NCBI RefSeq assembly: GCF_000619845.1
Contig: NZ_JHUX01000003.1
Span: 60,001 to 92,000 of the forward strand
Direction of reading: 5' to 3'
Length of the DNA stretch: 32,000 nt
Source of the DNA: Alkanindiges illinoisensis DSM 15370
GTDB lineage: Bacteria > Pseudomonadota > Gammaproteobacteria > Pseudomonadales > Moraxellaceae
This document shows, in pieces, positions 1 to 12,854 of this stretch; positions within the stretch are counted from its first letter, which is position 1, and each line of letters starts with the position of its first letter. Made by a program: the position numbers and the translations under genes. A model generated the notes under the pieces. The model ran no database searches, was not told where the DNA came from, and was given only the letters and a program-made list of their open reading frames with translations.

Positions 1-295
1 TTCAAGGCGTAAAACAGATCTTATCGTGATCCATTCTAAGCGCGCTGTTTGCAATAGCGCTATCTCACTATATTTTCATTTCTTGAGGCTTGTCAATGTG
101 ATTGTTTGTAGCCTAAGGTCGAATAGTCAAGTACGAAATTGACTACTCTAGGCCTAAGATATTTAGTAAAGCGATGGTTTGGAGAAATGACTGGCGAGTA
201 AACTTTTAATAAAGTGATTCAAGTATAATTTCTTAAGCAAGACTTAAAGCTGTTTGGTAATCCAATCCTGCTGCTGAACAGTAATAAAGCTTGTT

Positions 296-322
296 GAACC
301 GCCTTCGGGCGGTTCTTTGCTT
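296..322 (+). terminator. Rho-independent terminator-like hairpin with no annotated upstream gene
   Basis: Perfect 8-bp stem GAACCGCC (296-303) / GGCGGTTC (308-315) with a TTCG tetraloop, followed by TTTGCTTT. No ORF of 60 aa or more lies upstream on the + strand. Confidence 0.55.
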
Positions 323-558
323 TATAAAACAAGAGAATAATAAATAGAAAGATTTGAGAGCATTTAGTCTTTAATGTTCAGTAGTCCAGTTACTGCTTAA
401 TGTAAATTTATCATGTCAAGCCTTATAACAAGCGAATCTAAAGCCTTTTAACGCTATACCTCTTTGTTAGAAGTTTTAGGTTTTTCAAGTTGGCAAAGGA
501 ATTGCAATAAGTATTACAACAGGATTTCAATTCCAGATTTGGCAGGCTTGAGCGCATC

Positions 559-693
559 ATGAAAGCAATGATTACAGTCATTTTAATTGGAGCCGTACTC
601 TATTTTAGTTCTGAGTTTGGTATAGGAAAAGCAGTAGATATGTCGGCAAAAAACAGCAATTATCAGCAAAATGTTGATGAAAATTCACACTAA
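559..693 (+). CDS. Hypothetical small membrane protein (44 aa), below the ORF-track cutoff
   Basis: ATG at 559, TAA at 691-693. Translation is MKAMITVILIGAVLYFSSEFGIGKAVDMSAKNSNYQQNVDENSH: one hydrophobic helix and a polar tail. The RBS is weak and I recognise no homolog. Confidence 0.25.
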   Translation: MKAMITVILIGAVLYFSSEFGIGKAVDMSAKNSNYQQNVDENSH

Positions 694-799
694 CTGCCAT
701 TTTGGATCGAATAAATGCTATTTTTTGATTATTAAATGAGCAATTTTTTGCTGTTAGATGCATTCACAACTTAAAGTCGAGCCTGATGAGGGAACTTGG

Positions 800-1795
800 C
801 TAGGTCAATCCATGAAACAGAGGCTTGCCACTTAAGGCCATTGTTAGCTGCAATAATAGGTCTTTGCTATTTTCCTCGCTAAGTCCCTTGATGGCGGCAT
901 CGGTGCGTTGAAGCAAAGCAGGCCATTGCATGAGCTGTTTGCCGGAAATACGTTTTAATGCTTGCTGGTAATACCGGGTTTTGTTTTGCCAGATTCCCAG
1001 TTTCTGGTATTGACCCGGTTGCTCAAATAGTTGCATGAGTAAGCGCATTTCGCGGGACAGTGCCCATAAAATCAGGCTGTCGGCTTCTCCGGATTCCAGC
1101 AAAAAGCCAAGAATCTTAACGGCCTGTAATGCATTGCCCTGTAAGGCAGCATCCGCCAAGTCAAAGCTGCTAAAGCGTGATTGTTCTGTCAGGCCTGCTT
1201 GTAAGTCTTCAAGGCCAATCACATGGTCAGACTGATATAAATCACTCAGGCGTAACAGGCTTTGCTGTGCGGCAAACAGATTATTTTCAGTCTGGGCCAA
1301 TAACAATTCCCAGGCATCACGCGCCAGTTGAACGCCAAGCTGGTGTGCTTCATCCTGCAAAATGGCCAGACGTTCCTGCATGTTTTGCAGGCTAAGCTGA
1401 ACCACAACACTATTGGCATCAATGCTTTGGTAAAATTTGGTTTTTTGTGCCGCCTGATCCTGCCTTGGCATAATAATAACCAGGGTATTATCTGCAGGTG
1501 ACTGAATAAATTGTTGGAGTTGTTCAAGTCCGGCAGCATCTGGCTTGATATTGCCATGCGCTTCTATGGCTAGTTTTTCAGAAAATAATGACAGGCTATT
1601 TAGTGAATTAAACACATCACGCCAGTCGTTGACGGTATTGATTTCAAAGCGCTGACGTTCAATGTGCTGGGATTGCCAGTGTTGGCGCAGGGCGTTCAGC
1701 AGGTTTTGCTCAAGCAGCGGCTCGTTACCGTGCAGAAGCCAGACGCCACTGGCTTGGGCAACTCGTCCCATCGCACCCCGATAATCCAGCCGCAT
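800..1795 (-). CDS. holA: DNA polymerase III delta subunit
   Basis: 331 aa, ATG start. It lies 6 bp downstream of lptE in the conserved leuS-lptE-holA arrangement. Length and the N-terminal region (VWLLHGNEPLL) fit HolA. Confidence 0.85.
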   Translation of the reverse strand: MRLDYRGAMGRVAQASGVWLLHGNEPLLEQNLLNALRQHWQSQHIERQRFEINTVNDWRDVFNSLNSLSLFSEKLAIEAHGNIKPDAAGLEQLQQFIQSPADNTLVIIMPRQDQAAQKTKFYQSIDANSVVVQLSLQNMQERLAILQDEAHQLGVQLARDAWELLLAQTENNLFAAQQSLLRLSDLYQSDHVIGLEDLQAGLTEQSRFSSFDLADAALQGNALQAVKILGFLLESGEADSLILWALSREMRLLMQLFEQPGQYQKLGIWQNKTRYYQQALKRISGKQLMQWPALLQRTDAAIKGLSEENSKDLLLQLTMALSGKPLFHGLT

Positions 1796-1801
1796 AATAA
1801 A

Positions 1802-2356
1802 CTAGGGCGCAGTTGTTTTATCATTAGCAGTGGCGTACTGCATACGGCCTGCATGCAACTGGCGCGCAATCTGCATGGCGGCATCCAGATTCATTTCTTC
1901 AATCAGGTGCGCTTCTTCCTGATTTTCAGTATTTACCGTTGCAATATCATACTGATAACTGCGGCGTGAATATACACTGTAATCAATGGTTAATGGCTCG
2001 CCCAAACTACTTTCAATGTGGTAGGTAATCGCCAGACGCAGTTGTACTTCGGTCAGGCGGCCACTCAGTAGCTGACGGGTTTGCTGATAATCAGTAATCT
2101 TGATGATAGGCGCGCTTTTGTCCTGATTGACTATCGCACCTAATGATTGCAGATAAACGGTGAGTGGTTCACGCAGGGCTTCGGCCTGCTTGGGTAAATC
2201 CACCTGAACATTTTTATAGGCCATAGGAATAGCAGCAGCCTGGGTGCCACGCAAGTGAAAACCACAGCCACTCATGCTTACGGCTGCTAACCCCAAAGCC
2301 AGACTTAAACTCAAGTGGCGCAAGGTTATTCCTGTCAGTATTGGTGGTTTTTTCAT
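1802..2356 (-). CDS. lptE: LPS-assembly lipoprotein LptE (RlpB)
   Basis: 184 aa. Signal peptide with lipobox ...VSMSGC followed by GFHLRG, matching the E. coli LptE GCGWHLR start of the mature protein. It sits between leuS and holA. Confidence 0.9.
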   Translation of the reverse strand: MKKPPILTGITLRHLSLSLALGLAAVSMSGCGFHLRGTQAAAIPMAYKNVQVDLPKQAEALREPLTVYLQSLGAIVNQDKSAPIIKITDYQQTRQLLSGRLTEVQLRLAITYHIESSLGEPLTIDYSVYSRRSYQYDIATVNTENQEEAHLIEEMNLDAAMQIARQLHAGRMQYATANDKTTAP

Positions 2357-2418
2357 GCCTATTGTTCCTCTATAAAGCCTATAGCCAGTTTATAGTCGAT
2401 CAAAGTAAATCCTGTGGC

Positions 2419-5130
<2,712 letters not shown>

Positions 5131-5219
5131 TCAACAACATCGTTATTTTTTACCAATTTTTTAAATGGATGTAGGCCTGTTAAAAAATATTGAAGCAGCC
5201 ATCCTGTTTTTATTAACAG

Positions 5220-5675
5220 CTATTTGCAACCATTGGCAATATTCTGCTGATAGGTCTGGATTTGCTGGGCCCGGCGTTCCTCAGTGATATAGGAACGTTC
5301 CCCACCAGCATCTTTTTCATAGAGACGACGTCCGGTTTGCAGTAACGCCAGATTGTCCTGCATGGCTTTACAGTCACTAGTACTGAGTTTCGGTGCCTGC
5401 TTGCTTGCATTTGCTGGTGCTTTGTTATCTGTGTTGGGCGCAGCGTTTCCTGTGGCTACTTTTTGGCCATTAACAGCCGGAACAGACGTTGGCCGTTCCT
5501 TGATATTGACTGCCTGAGCATAGCGTGCAGGCGGCGGGGTCTGCGTATAATGCAGCCTTCCTTTTTCATCCTTCCATTTATACACTTGCTGGGCTTGTGT
5601 CGTCGTAGCCAGCAGAGTGGTGATACTAATCAATAATCCAATTTTGAGTGTTTGAGTAATTGCAGGCATGGTCAT
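5220..5675 (-). CDS. DUF4124-like secreted protein
   Basis: 151 aa. N-terminal signal peptide (…LLATTTQAQQ) followed by VYKWKDEKGRLHYTQTPPP, the typical DUF4124 motif. The C-terminal region contains two Cys. Confidence 0.7.
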   Translation of the reverse strand: MTMPAITQTLKIGLLISITTLLATTTQAQQVYKWKDEKGRLHYTQTPPPARYAQAVNIKERPTSVPAVNGQKVATGNAAPNTDNKAPANASKQAPKLSTSDCKAMQDNLALLQTGRRLYEKDAGGERSYITEERRAQQIQTYQQNIANGCK

Positions 5676-5718
5676 CTACTTATGGATTCATTGATAAACT
5701 AAATTTTCCCTTAAGCCA

Positions 5719-6252
5719 TTAACGTTCGCTAAACGCTGGTCTGGTTTGATCCTGTGTTGGAACAATCAGGCGATTGGCTGGTGGCGGGGTAATCGGAGTA
5801 ATGACTGGTTGAGGTTGTGGCGCTGTGGTGGTCTGAGGAGCTTGCTGCTGACCATTAGTATTGGGAACAGATCCATTGGTTGCAGCATTGGCCAACTGGT
5901 TGGCATCCATAACGCTGGTAGCGTTGCCACTATTTGAATTGCCATTGGTAGTGCCAGTATTTGCATTGCTATTACTGTTTTCAGTATTGGCGGGGGCTAC
6001 CGGGGTTGGCGGGGCCAGATCATCAATATAGACTTTTTTGGCAGACTTGGCGCTATTTTTACCGGGTGGCGTCTGGGTATAGTGCGTAGAGCCGGCTTTA
6101 TCAACCCACTTGTAAAAAGTTTCTGCACTTGCGGATTGCGCCAAGACCAGTGTAGTTAAACTTGCAGTAAATAAAAAAAACCTTGATAAGCTACGGAGCA
6201 AACCAGTGGACGATAAAGCTAAAGGTCTAAATACTGGACTATTTTTTAACAT
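5719..6252 (-). CDS. DUF4124-like secreted protein with an N/S/T/P/Q-rich low-complexity tail
   Basis: Signal peptide ending ...AQSASA, then FYKWVDKAGSTHYTQTPPGK. The ATG at 6252 is preceded by GGGAG 9 nt upstream; the track start at 6279 is a TTG. This is a paralog of the adjacent gene. Confidence 0.65.
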   Translation of the reverse strand: MLKNSPVFRPLALSSTGLLRSLSRFFLFTASLTTLVLAQSASAETFYKWVDKAGSTHYTQTPPGKNSAKSAKKVYIDDLAPPTPVAPANTENSNSNANTGTTNGNSNSGNATSVMDANQLANAATNGSVPNTNGQQQAPQTTTAPQPQPVITPITPPPANRLIVPTQDQTRPAFSER

Positions 6253-6432
6253 ACGATGGAACTCCCTACCACATCGCAATAATTTAGTGCAAAGTAGCTA
6301 AATTCGGTTTGTTTCGCAAGTAATATTACTATATGTGGTAGCAGGTTTAGGCTCTACGGCGTTCTCGTAAAGAGAGCCGTTTTTAATCGCTAAAAACTTG
6401 CGGTAATCGTGCAAGAAAATTGCAGGTTTTCC

Positions 6433-6462
6433 TTGACATCACTGGCTTAAAATAAAACAATA
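6433..6462 (+). promoter_or_regulatory. Candidate sigma70 promoter for the ilvIHC operon
   Basis: Perfect -35 TTGACA at 6433-6438. Only a weak -10 (AACAAT/ACAATA) at 17-18 bp spacing. It lies about 330 nt upstream of the ilvI start. Confidence 0.25.
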
Positions 6463-6490
6463 GCTCTCTTTTTAAATTTGAACGATTTGT

Positions 6491-6655
6491 GCCGATCACC
6501 CTTCGGCGGCAGACGTTTTGCTTTGGTAGACATCAGACCCCACTCGGGTGTGTTTGGCTCATAGCAGGTACTTTACCATCCCAAAAAGTATCTGACGCGG
6601 TACAGCAGTCACAACAAATGCTGTAAAAAGGTTTTCCGTCATCTTCCTACCAAAG
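6491..6655 (+). promoter_or_regulatory. Structured 5' leader upstream of ilvI (nested inverted repeats)
   Basis: Perfect 9-bp long-range pair CTTTGGTAG (6521-6529) / CTACCAAAG (6647-6655). It encloses the hairpin TACAGCA (6601-6607) / TGCTGTA (6619-6625). A further upstream hairpin is GCCGA (6491-6495) / TCGGC (6503-6507). Confidence 0.3.
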
Positions 6656-6764
6656 TCGCAGTGGTATTTTGTCATATTGACTGTTTAATTGAGTCGGTAT
6701 GGCGTTGTGTCAAATTCAAGGATTAGTGATTCCTTTCATTAGTCAGCATACAGGGTGAGTCATT

Positions 6765-8489
6765 TTGGAACTTTTATCTGGTGGAGAAATGCTCATTCGC
6801 GCGTTAGCGGATGAGGGTGTTGAGCACGTTTTCGGGTATCCGGGCGGCGCCGTTTTACATATTTATGATGCCTTGTTTCAGCAGGACAAAGTGCAACATG
6901 TACTGGTGCGTCACGAGCAGGCAGCAGGGCACATGGCCGATGCCTATTCACGCTCAACCGGCAGAACCGGCGTGGTACTGGTCACAAGTGGCCCCGGTGC
7001 AACCAACACTGTCACACCAATTGCAACAGCCTATATGGATTCCATTCCGATGGTCATCATTTCCGGTCAGGTGGCAACCCATCTGATTGGTGAAGATGCA
7101 TTCCAGGAAACGGACATGGTGGGTATTTCCCGTCCTATCGTGAAGCACAGTTTTCAAGTGCGTCATGCCAGTGAAATCCCGGCAATCATCAAAAAAGCAT
7201 TTTATATTGCAGCCAGTGGCCGGCCTGGCCCGGTTGTTGTGGACATTCCTAAGGATGCCACCAACCCGGCTGAAAAATTTGCCTATGAATATCCAGAGAA
7301 GGTCAAGCTGCGTTCCTATCAGCCGCCTGCGCGTGGACATTCTGGCCAGATTCGTAAAGCGATTGATGAGCTGGTGGTTGCCAAGCGTCCGGTTATTTAT
7401 AGTGGTGGCGGTGTTATTCAGGGCAATGCAGCCAGCCTGCTGACCGAGCTTGGTCATCGTCTGGGCTTCCCGGTTACCAACACACTGATGGGACTGGGCG
7501 GCTTTCCTGGTTCTGACCCGCAGTTTATTGGCATGCTGGGTATGCATGGTACCTACGAAGCCAATATGGCCATGCACCATGCTGATCTGATTTTGTGCGT
7601 TGGCGCGCGTTTTGATGACCGGGTGACCAATAATCCGGCCAAATTCTGCCCGGATGCCAAAGTTATTCATATTGATATCGATCCGGCAACCATTTCCAAA
7701 ACCATTACCGCCCATATTCCAATCGTTGGCGCGGTTGAGCCGGTACTGGCCGAAATGCTGGTCCAGCTTAAGCAAATGGGTATTGAAAAGCCAAATGCTG
7801 AAGCTATTGATCAGTGGTGGGTACAAATCAATGAATGGCGCAAGCGTCATGGCCTGCGTTACGAGCCTGCCAGTCCGGGTGAAATGAAACCGCAGGAAGT
7901 GGTTGAAGCGCTCTATAAAATCACTGACGGCAAAGCCATCATTACGTCTGACGTGGGCCAGCACCAGATGTTTGGCGCGTTATACTATAAGTATGATGAG
8001 CCACGCCAGTGGATCAATTCCGGTGGTCTTGGCACCATGGGTGTTGGCTTGCCATACGCAATGGCATGCAAGCTGGCTTTCCCGGAAAAACAGGTAGTTT
8101 GTATTACTGGTGAAGCTTCGATCCAGATGTGTATTCAGGAGCTGTCTACCTGTACGCAGTATGGTATTTCAGTGAAAATCCTGTGCCTGAACAACCGTGC
8201 ATTGGGCATGGTGAAACAGTGGCAGGACATGAACTATGAAGGCCGTCATTCCAGCTCCTATATGGAATCACTGCCAGATTTCACTAAACTGATGGAATCC
8301 TATGGCCATGTTGGCATCCAGATCAATCATCAGGATGAGCTGGAAAGCAAACTGGCGGAAGCAATGGCCATTACCGATAAATGCGTATTTATCAATGTGA
8401 TGGTTGATCCAAAAGAACACGTTTACCCAATGCAGATTGCGGGCCAGTCCATGCGTGACATGTGGTTAGCAAAAGGAGAGCGGACATGA
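6765..8489 (+). CDS. ilvI: Acetolactate synthase (AHAS) large subunit
   Basis: 574 aa. The TTG start gives [14 protein letters not shown]..., which aligns with the E. coli IlvI N-terminus MEMLSGAEMVV. ThDP-enzyme motifs are present (GYPGGA, GLGTMG). It is followed by ilvH and ilvC. Confidence 0.95.
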   Translation: MELLSGGEMLIRALADEGVEHVFGYPGGAVLHIYDALFQQDKVQHVLVRHEQAAGHMADAYSRSTGRTGVVLVTSGPGATNTVTPIATAYMDSIPMVIISGQVATHLIGEDAFQETDMVGISRPIVKHSFQVRHASEIPAIIKKAFYIAASGRPGPVVVDIPKDATNPAEKFAYEYPEKVKLRSYQPPARGHSGQIRKAIDELVVAKRPVIYSGGGVIQGNAASLLTELGHRLGFPVTNTLMGLGGFPGSDPQFIGMLGMHGTYEANMAMHHADLILCVGARFDDRVTNNPAKFCPDAKVIHIDIDPATISKTITAHIPIVGAVEPVLAEMLVQLKQMGIEKPNAEAIDQWWVQINEWRKRHGLRYEPASPGEMKPQEVVEALYKITDGKAIITSDVGQHQMFGALYYKYDEPRQWINSGGLGTMGVGLPYAMACKLAFPEKQVVCITGEASIQMCIQELSTCTQYGISVKILCLNNRALGMVKQWQDMNYEGRHSSSYMESLPDFTKLMESYGHVGIQINHQDELESKLAEAMAITDKCVFINVMVDPKEHVYPMQIAGQSMRDMWLAKGERT

Positions 8490-8980
8490 ACCGCCACATC
8501 ATTTCCGTACTGGTTGAAAACGAAGCCGGGGCATTGTCACGTCTAGTAGGCTTGTTTAGCCAGCGCGGTTATAACATCGAAACACTCAATGTTGCGCCGA
8601 CTGAAGATGAAACCCTGTCCCGCCTGACCCTAACCACTTATGGCGATGAGCACAAGATTGAGCAAATCACCAAGCAACTGAACAAGCTGATTGAAGTGGT
8701 TAAGGTGGTTGATCTGTCAGAAGGTGCGCATATTGAGCGTGAACTCATGCTAATCAAGCTTAAGGCATTAGGCGCTGCACGTGCAGAAATCAAGCGGACT
8801 GCTGACATTTTCCGTGCGCAGATTGTTGATGTAACGCCAACAACTTACACGATCCAAATTGCTGGTACCACTGACAAGCTGGATGGCTTTATTGAAGCGC
8901 TGTCTGAAAACACCATTCTGGAAGTGGTTCGTTCCGGTGTGTCAGGCATTGCACGCGGTGAAAAAGTTTTAACCGTTTAA
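8486..8980 (+). CDS. ilvH: Acetolactate synthase small (regulatory) subunit
   Basis: The ATG at 8486 overlaps the ilvI stop (ATGA) and has the RBS AAAGGAGAG upstream. [32 protein letters not shown] is a typical ACT-domain N-terminus of IlvH/IlvN. Confidence 0.93.
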   Translation: MNRHIISVLVENEAGALSRLVGLFSQRGYNIETLNVAPTEDETLSRLTLTTYGDEHKIEQITKQLNKLIEVVKVVDLSEGAHIERELMLIKLKALGAARAEIKRTADIFRAQIVDVTPTTYTIQIAGTTDKLDGFIEALSENTILEVVRSGVSGIARGEKVLTV

Positions 8981-8992
8981 GTTTTAAGGCCA

Positions 8993-9027
8993 CTCCAGCT
9001 TTTCTTTAATTTATTAAAGGGCTGGAG
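8993..9027 (+). other. Intercistronic two-tier stem-loop between ilvH and ilvC
   Basis: Outer pair CTCCAGC (8993-8999) / GCTGGAG (9021-9027), inner pair CTTTAA / TTAAAG. No U-tract follows it. Confidence 0.5.
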
Positions 9028-9048
9028 CAGGTGATACCCAATATTTAA

Positions 9049-10092
<1,044 letters not shown>

Positions 10093-10125
10093 GATTTAAT
10101 CTTAGCGTTTCACTTAGCGTTATTC

Positions 10126-10157
10126 AAAACCCCTGCTAGCAATAGTGGGGGTTTTTT
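10126..10157 (+). terminator. Rho-independent terminator of the ilv operon
   Basis: 9-bp stem CCCCUGCUA (10130-10138) / UAGUGGGGG (10143-10151), including two G-U pairs, with a GCAA tetraloop, followed by TTTTTT (10152-10157). Confidence 0.85.
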
Positions 10158-10179
10158 AAATTAACAGAGAATTGAGTAG

Positions 10180-10671
10180 ATGTGGAAAAATTTATCAGGA
10201 ACAGCAATCTGCATAATTATAGCAGGCTGTGCCAATAGTAATGGTTATGTGCAGATGTACAAAGGCGCTGCATTGCCACCAACCCAAAAGTCTACAATTC
10301 AGGGTTCTAATAACTATCGTCGGGGCACTTTAGCCAATGAGATGATCCGCATTGTGGCGGTAGATGGCGTAGATGTTCCAAGGCAGTGGGGCGTGGGAGA
10401 AGGGGCAAATTCAGTTGCATTATTGCCAGGGTTCCATATTGTTAAAATATTTTATGTGCATGGTTCGCCCGAAGGAATTGATTATTACACGTATGATTCT
10501 GTGCCGATTCAGGCGGTTGCAAATTGTACCTATCAGATAGTAGCATATACCAGCTCTAAAAATAATGCGATGGGTTTCTCTTTTATTGGTTATTCAAGTT
10601 CACAAGCCAATGATCAGGACTGCGGGCAAGGCGTTGTTGATTTAGAGAAAAATAAGCCAATTAGCATTTAG
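10180..10671 (+). CDS. Hypothetical lipoprotein
   Basis: 163 aa. Lipobox IIAGC at residues 13-17. The beta-rich body (IRIVAVDGVDV...LLPGFHIVKIFY) resembles DUF2846-like lipoproteins. That family assignment is not verified. Confidence 0.6.
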   Translation: MWKNLSGTAICIIIAGCANSNGYVQMYKGAALPPTQKSTIQGSNNYRRGTLANEMIRIVAVDGVDVPRQWGVGEGANSVALLPGFHIVKIFYVHGSPEGIDYYTYDSVPIQAVANCTYQIVAYTSSKNNAMGFSFIGYSSSQANDQDCGQGVVDLEKNKPISI

Positions 10672-10758
10672 TTTTATTAAGTACAAAAGGTTAATTCTTA
10701 AATTAAGTAAACATGACGTGCATCATGTCTTTTGAATGTTTAGCTTTCTTCAATGAGT

Positions 10759-10788
10759 TAAAACGCACTCCCTGTCAGTGCGTTTTTT
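10759..10788. terminator. Terminator hairpin between convergent genes
   Basis: 7-bp stem ACGCACT (10763-10769) / AGTGCGT (10777-10783) with a 7-nt loop. The T-run at 10783-10788 serves the + strand. An A-run upstream gives a shorter U-tract for the - strand. Confidence 0.8.
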
Positions 10789-10793
10789 AAATC

Positions 10794-11153
10794 TTAGTCA
10801 ATGGCTTTAATCTGAAAATCCCGGCCTTTAACTAGTTCAATCGCTTGTGGGTTTAAACCAATAGTCACGGTATTGTTTTCGCCATTAATGCTAAAAGAAG
10901 TGATAAATGGAATGCCGTCTTCTTCATTGGTTTCGCTGTGCAGTACTACATAAGTTTGAGTCAGGTCAGCAATGGCTTCGAGATGAGTGGTCGTTGACGC
11001 AATATTGTCCCGAAAGACCTGCTTAAGCTCAAATAAGTGGTACTGAATCTGATTATTAATTACGTGCCCTTCAACAATTTTAGCCAGTAAGTTATTAATT
11101 AAGAGCTGGGCTGAAAAGTAAAGATTGGGTTTATCAATTATTTGAAGCGACAT
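10794..11153 (-). CDS. Hypothetical protein (119 aa), no recognised family
   Basis: Complete ORF with an ATG start and a terminator downstream. Soluble-looking sequence with no motif I recognise, in an AT-rich region. Confidence 0.55.
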   Translation of the reverse strand: MSLQIIDKPNLYFSAQLLINNLLAKIVEGHVINNQIQYHLFELKQVFRDNIASTTTHLEAIADLTQTYVVLHSETNEEDGIPFITSFSINGENNTVTIGLNPQAIELVKGRDFQIKAID

Positions 11154-11529
11154 TTGATTTTTCCTGTTTAGTAAAAGTGGTTATTCTAATTTATTAAGCG
11201 AAACTTAAATTCTCCACTTTTTCTTGTAAAATCAAGTAATTTTTAGCAAGTAGCTCTCCTTAATATCCCCTATTTTTTTCATACTTTAATAGTTAAAGAC
11301 CAAATAGTTTTTATAAAAATATAACAGAGCACCGACGCTATGATTAAGTTTTAAAAAGGTTTTTATGAAATCAACTACTCGTATTCATGTATGGGCATCA
11401 TGCTAGTGCAGGTATGATTAAACGCTTGCTGTACAAGACTTTGCTATTTTCATACCGTAAAAAACCAGCTACATAAAGTTGAACGATTTGCATTTACTAT
11501 GGGTGCTGTTCTTAAGATTCAGGCAAAGC

Positions 11530-12024
11530 ATGATCACCCAACAAATTACCGCTGTGGCTTTAAAGCTGATTGCAATCTGGCTGGTGTTACAGATGTTCCT
11601 AAACATTCCCAGTTTAGTAATGCTGTTTACTAATCTGGAGCAATATCAGCAAAAAGCTATTCCTGCTGTAATTTACTTTTGGATGATTACTTGCTTTCTA
11701 GTAATTGGCCTTGTCGCTGCTTATTTGGTATTTAAAACTGCCGCATCTGTGTTAACTACTGCCAAGACAGAAACAACGCTGGCACTCGGTGAAGATTCGC
11801 AAAAAGTATTGTTTCAGTTTGCAGGGATTTATTTTGTTGTGCGTTCACTGGCCCAGTTACCGGCGTCACTAGCATTTATCCCTGTTACACCAGCACTGGA
11901 TATGGCCAGTATTCTGGGGCTTACAGGAATTGTGGTGCAATTAATCGCAGGTTTATGGCTGGTGATTTATCCTGGCTTTTGGCTCAGGTTATGTCAGAAA
12001 TTGAGACATACGTCGCAGCACTAA
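11530..12024 (+). CDS. Hypothetical integral membrane protein (about 4 TM helices)
   Basis: An ATG at 11530 gives MITQQITAVALKLIAIWLVLQ.... I see four hydrophobic segments. The track start at 11479 is a TTG with a non-membrane-like extension. Confidence 0.55.
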   Translation: MITQQITAVALKLIAIWLVLQMFLNIPSLVMLFTNLEQYQQKAIPAVIYFWMITCFLVIGLVAAYLVFKTAASVLTTAKTETTLALGEDSQKVLFQFAGIYFVVRSLAQLPASLAFIPVTPALDMASILGLTGIVVQLIAGLWLVIYPGFWLRLCQKLRHTSQH

Positions 12025-12416
12025 TAATTAACAAATAGATTTAAAACGATTGAGTGGATCAACAAGTTGCTATTACAGCCGACGATTATAGTGTGTGTTT
12101 TAGCAGCATGACTGGCATATTGCCGCCTACTAAATAGTCTTACAATACTGTGGGAAAATAAGCATAAACCAATCTGAACATTAATTTTTAATCTCAGATT
12201 AGCGCATGGTGATAGCTTTATTATTGTGATTGGTTAAAGTTAAGCTCATGTTTACAAAAGCTTCTAACTCAACAGTAAAAATTACAAATAGTAGCTAATT
12301 ATCCTTGATTATTCAAAAATTTTACAGAAAAGTAGCATTGAAAATAACATAGAGTTTCAGCAGTTTAGATCTATAGACTTTACTTTTTAGGTCATCTGCT
12401 GACAAAGGAGTCGGCC

Positions 12417-12734
12417 ATGAATCTCCCCAACCGTTATCTTTATGTGCAGCACGATTTTTATAGTGAGTTCAGCCATCTGGTGTACTGGCGTTTGCTGTAC
12501 CGGACAGGGTTACTGTGCGCTGCGGTATTTGCCATTGTTAGTCTAATCCAGCAAAACTGGCTACAGCAGGCTAGTTATTTCAGCATCATCGATATTACTG
12601 CGCTCATCATTATTCCGTGGCTTATGGCCGAGCTTATTTTAAGGCGAGATCAATATTCTAATAAACGCTGGAACCACATGATTCTGCTGGCCAGCTTGAT
12701 TATCGGCTTATCGGCATTAGGCATTTTTTACTAA
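12417..12734 (+). CDS. Hypothetical small membrane protein (105 aa, about 3 TM helices)
   Basis: Strong RBS AAGGAG 6 nt upstream of the ATG at 12417. Three hydrophobic segments. Confidence 0.6.
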   Translation: MNLPNRYLYVQHDFYSEFSHLVYWRLLYRTGLLCAAVFAIVSLIQQNWLQQASYFSIIDITALIIIPWLMAELILRRDQYSNKRWNHMILLASLIIGLSALGIFY

Positions 12735-12770
12735 AGTAATAACTAGCCTCACCACAACAGAACATGAATA

Positions 12771-12794
12771 TTAGAATGTTAGAATGTTAGAAGC
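12771..12794. repeat. 8-bp tandem repeat TTAGAATG (two perfect copies and one partial)
   Basis: The sequence reads ttagaatg ttagaatg ttagaagc, in the intergenic region upstream of the cysH-like gene. It is followed by the inverted repeat ATTACAG-16 nt-CTGTAAT. Confidence 0.8.
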
Positions 12795-12854
12795 AGTATT
12801 ACAGTAAATGTGCTGGCAGCCTGTAATGCAATGCCGGATAAGGGTGAATAAAGA

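Noticed and set aside
224-229. TATAAT hexamer as a promoter for the putative sRNA ending at 322
   Set aside because: It has no acceptable -35 or extended -10 TG. In AT-rich DNA the hexamer alone is weak evidence, so I keep it only as a note inside the finding and not as a feature.
6699-6758. 19-codon uORF (MALCQIQGLVIPFISQHTG) ending 6 nt before the ilvI TTG, considered as a BCAA attenuation leader peptide
   Set aside because: It has only scattered Ile/Leu/Val codons with no consecutive regulatory run. No terminator/antiterminator pair follows it and no RBS is evident.
6954-7964. 336-aa ORF on the minus strand, the longest unexplained ORF in the track
   Set aside because: It lies entirely antisense to the confidently identified ilvI. 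Its translation is compositionally odd (rich in H/N/R/C/G, with no motifs). It is a shadow ORF produced by the codon bias of the sense gene.
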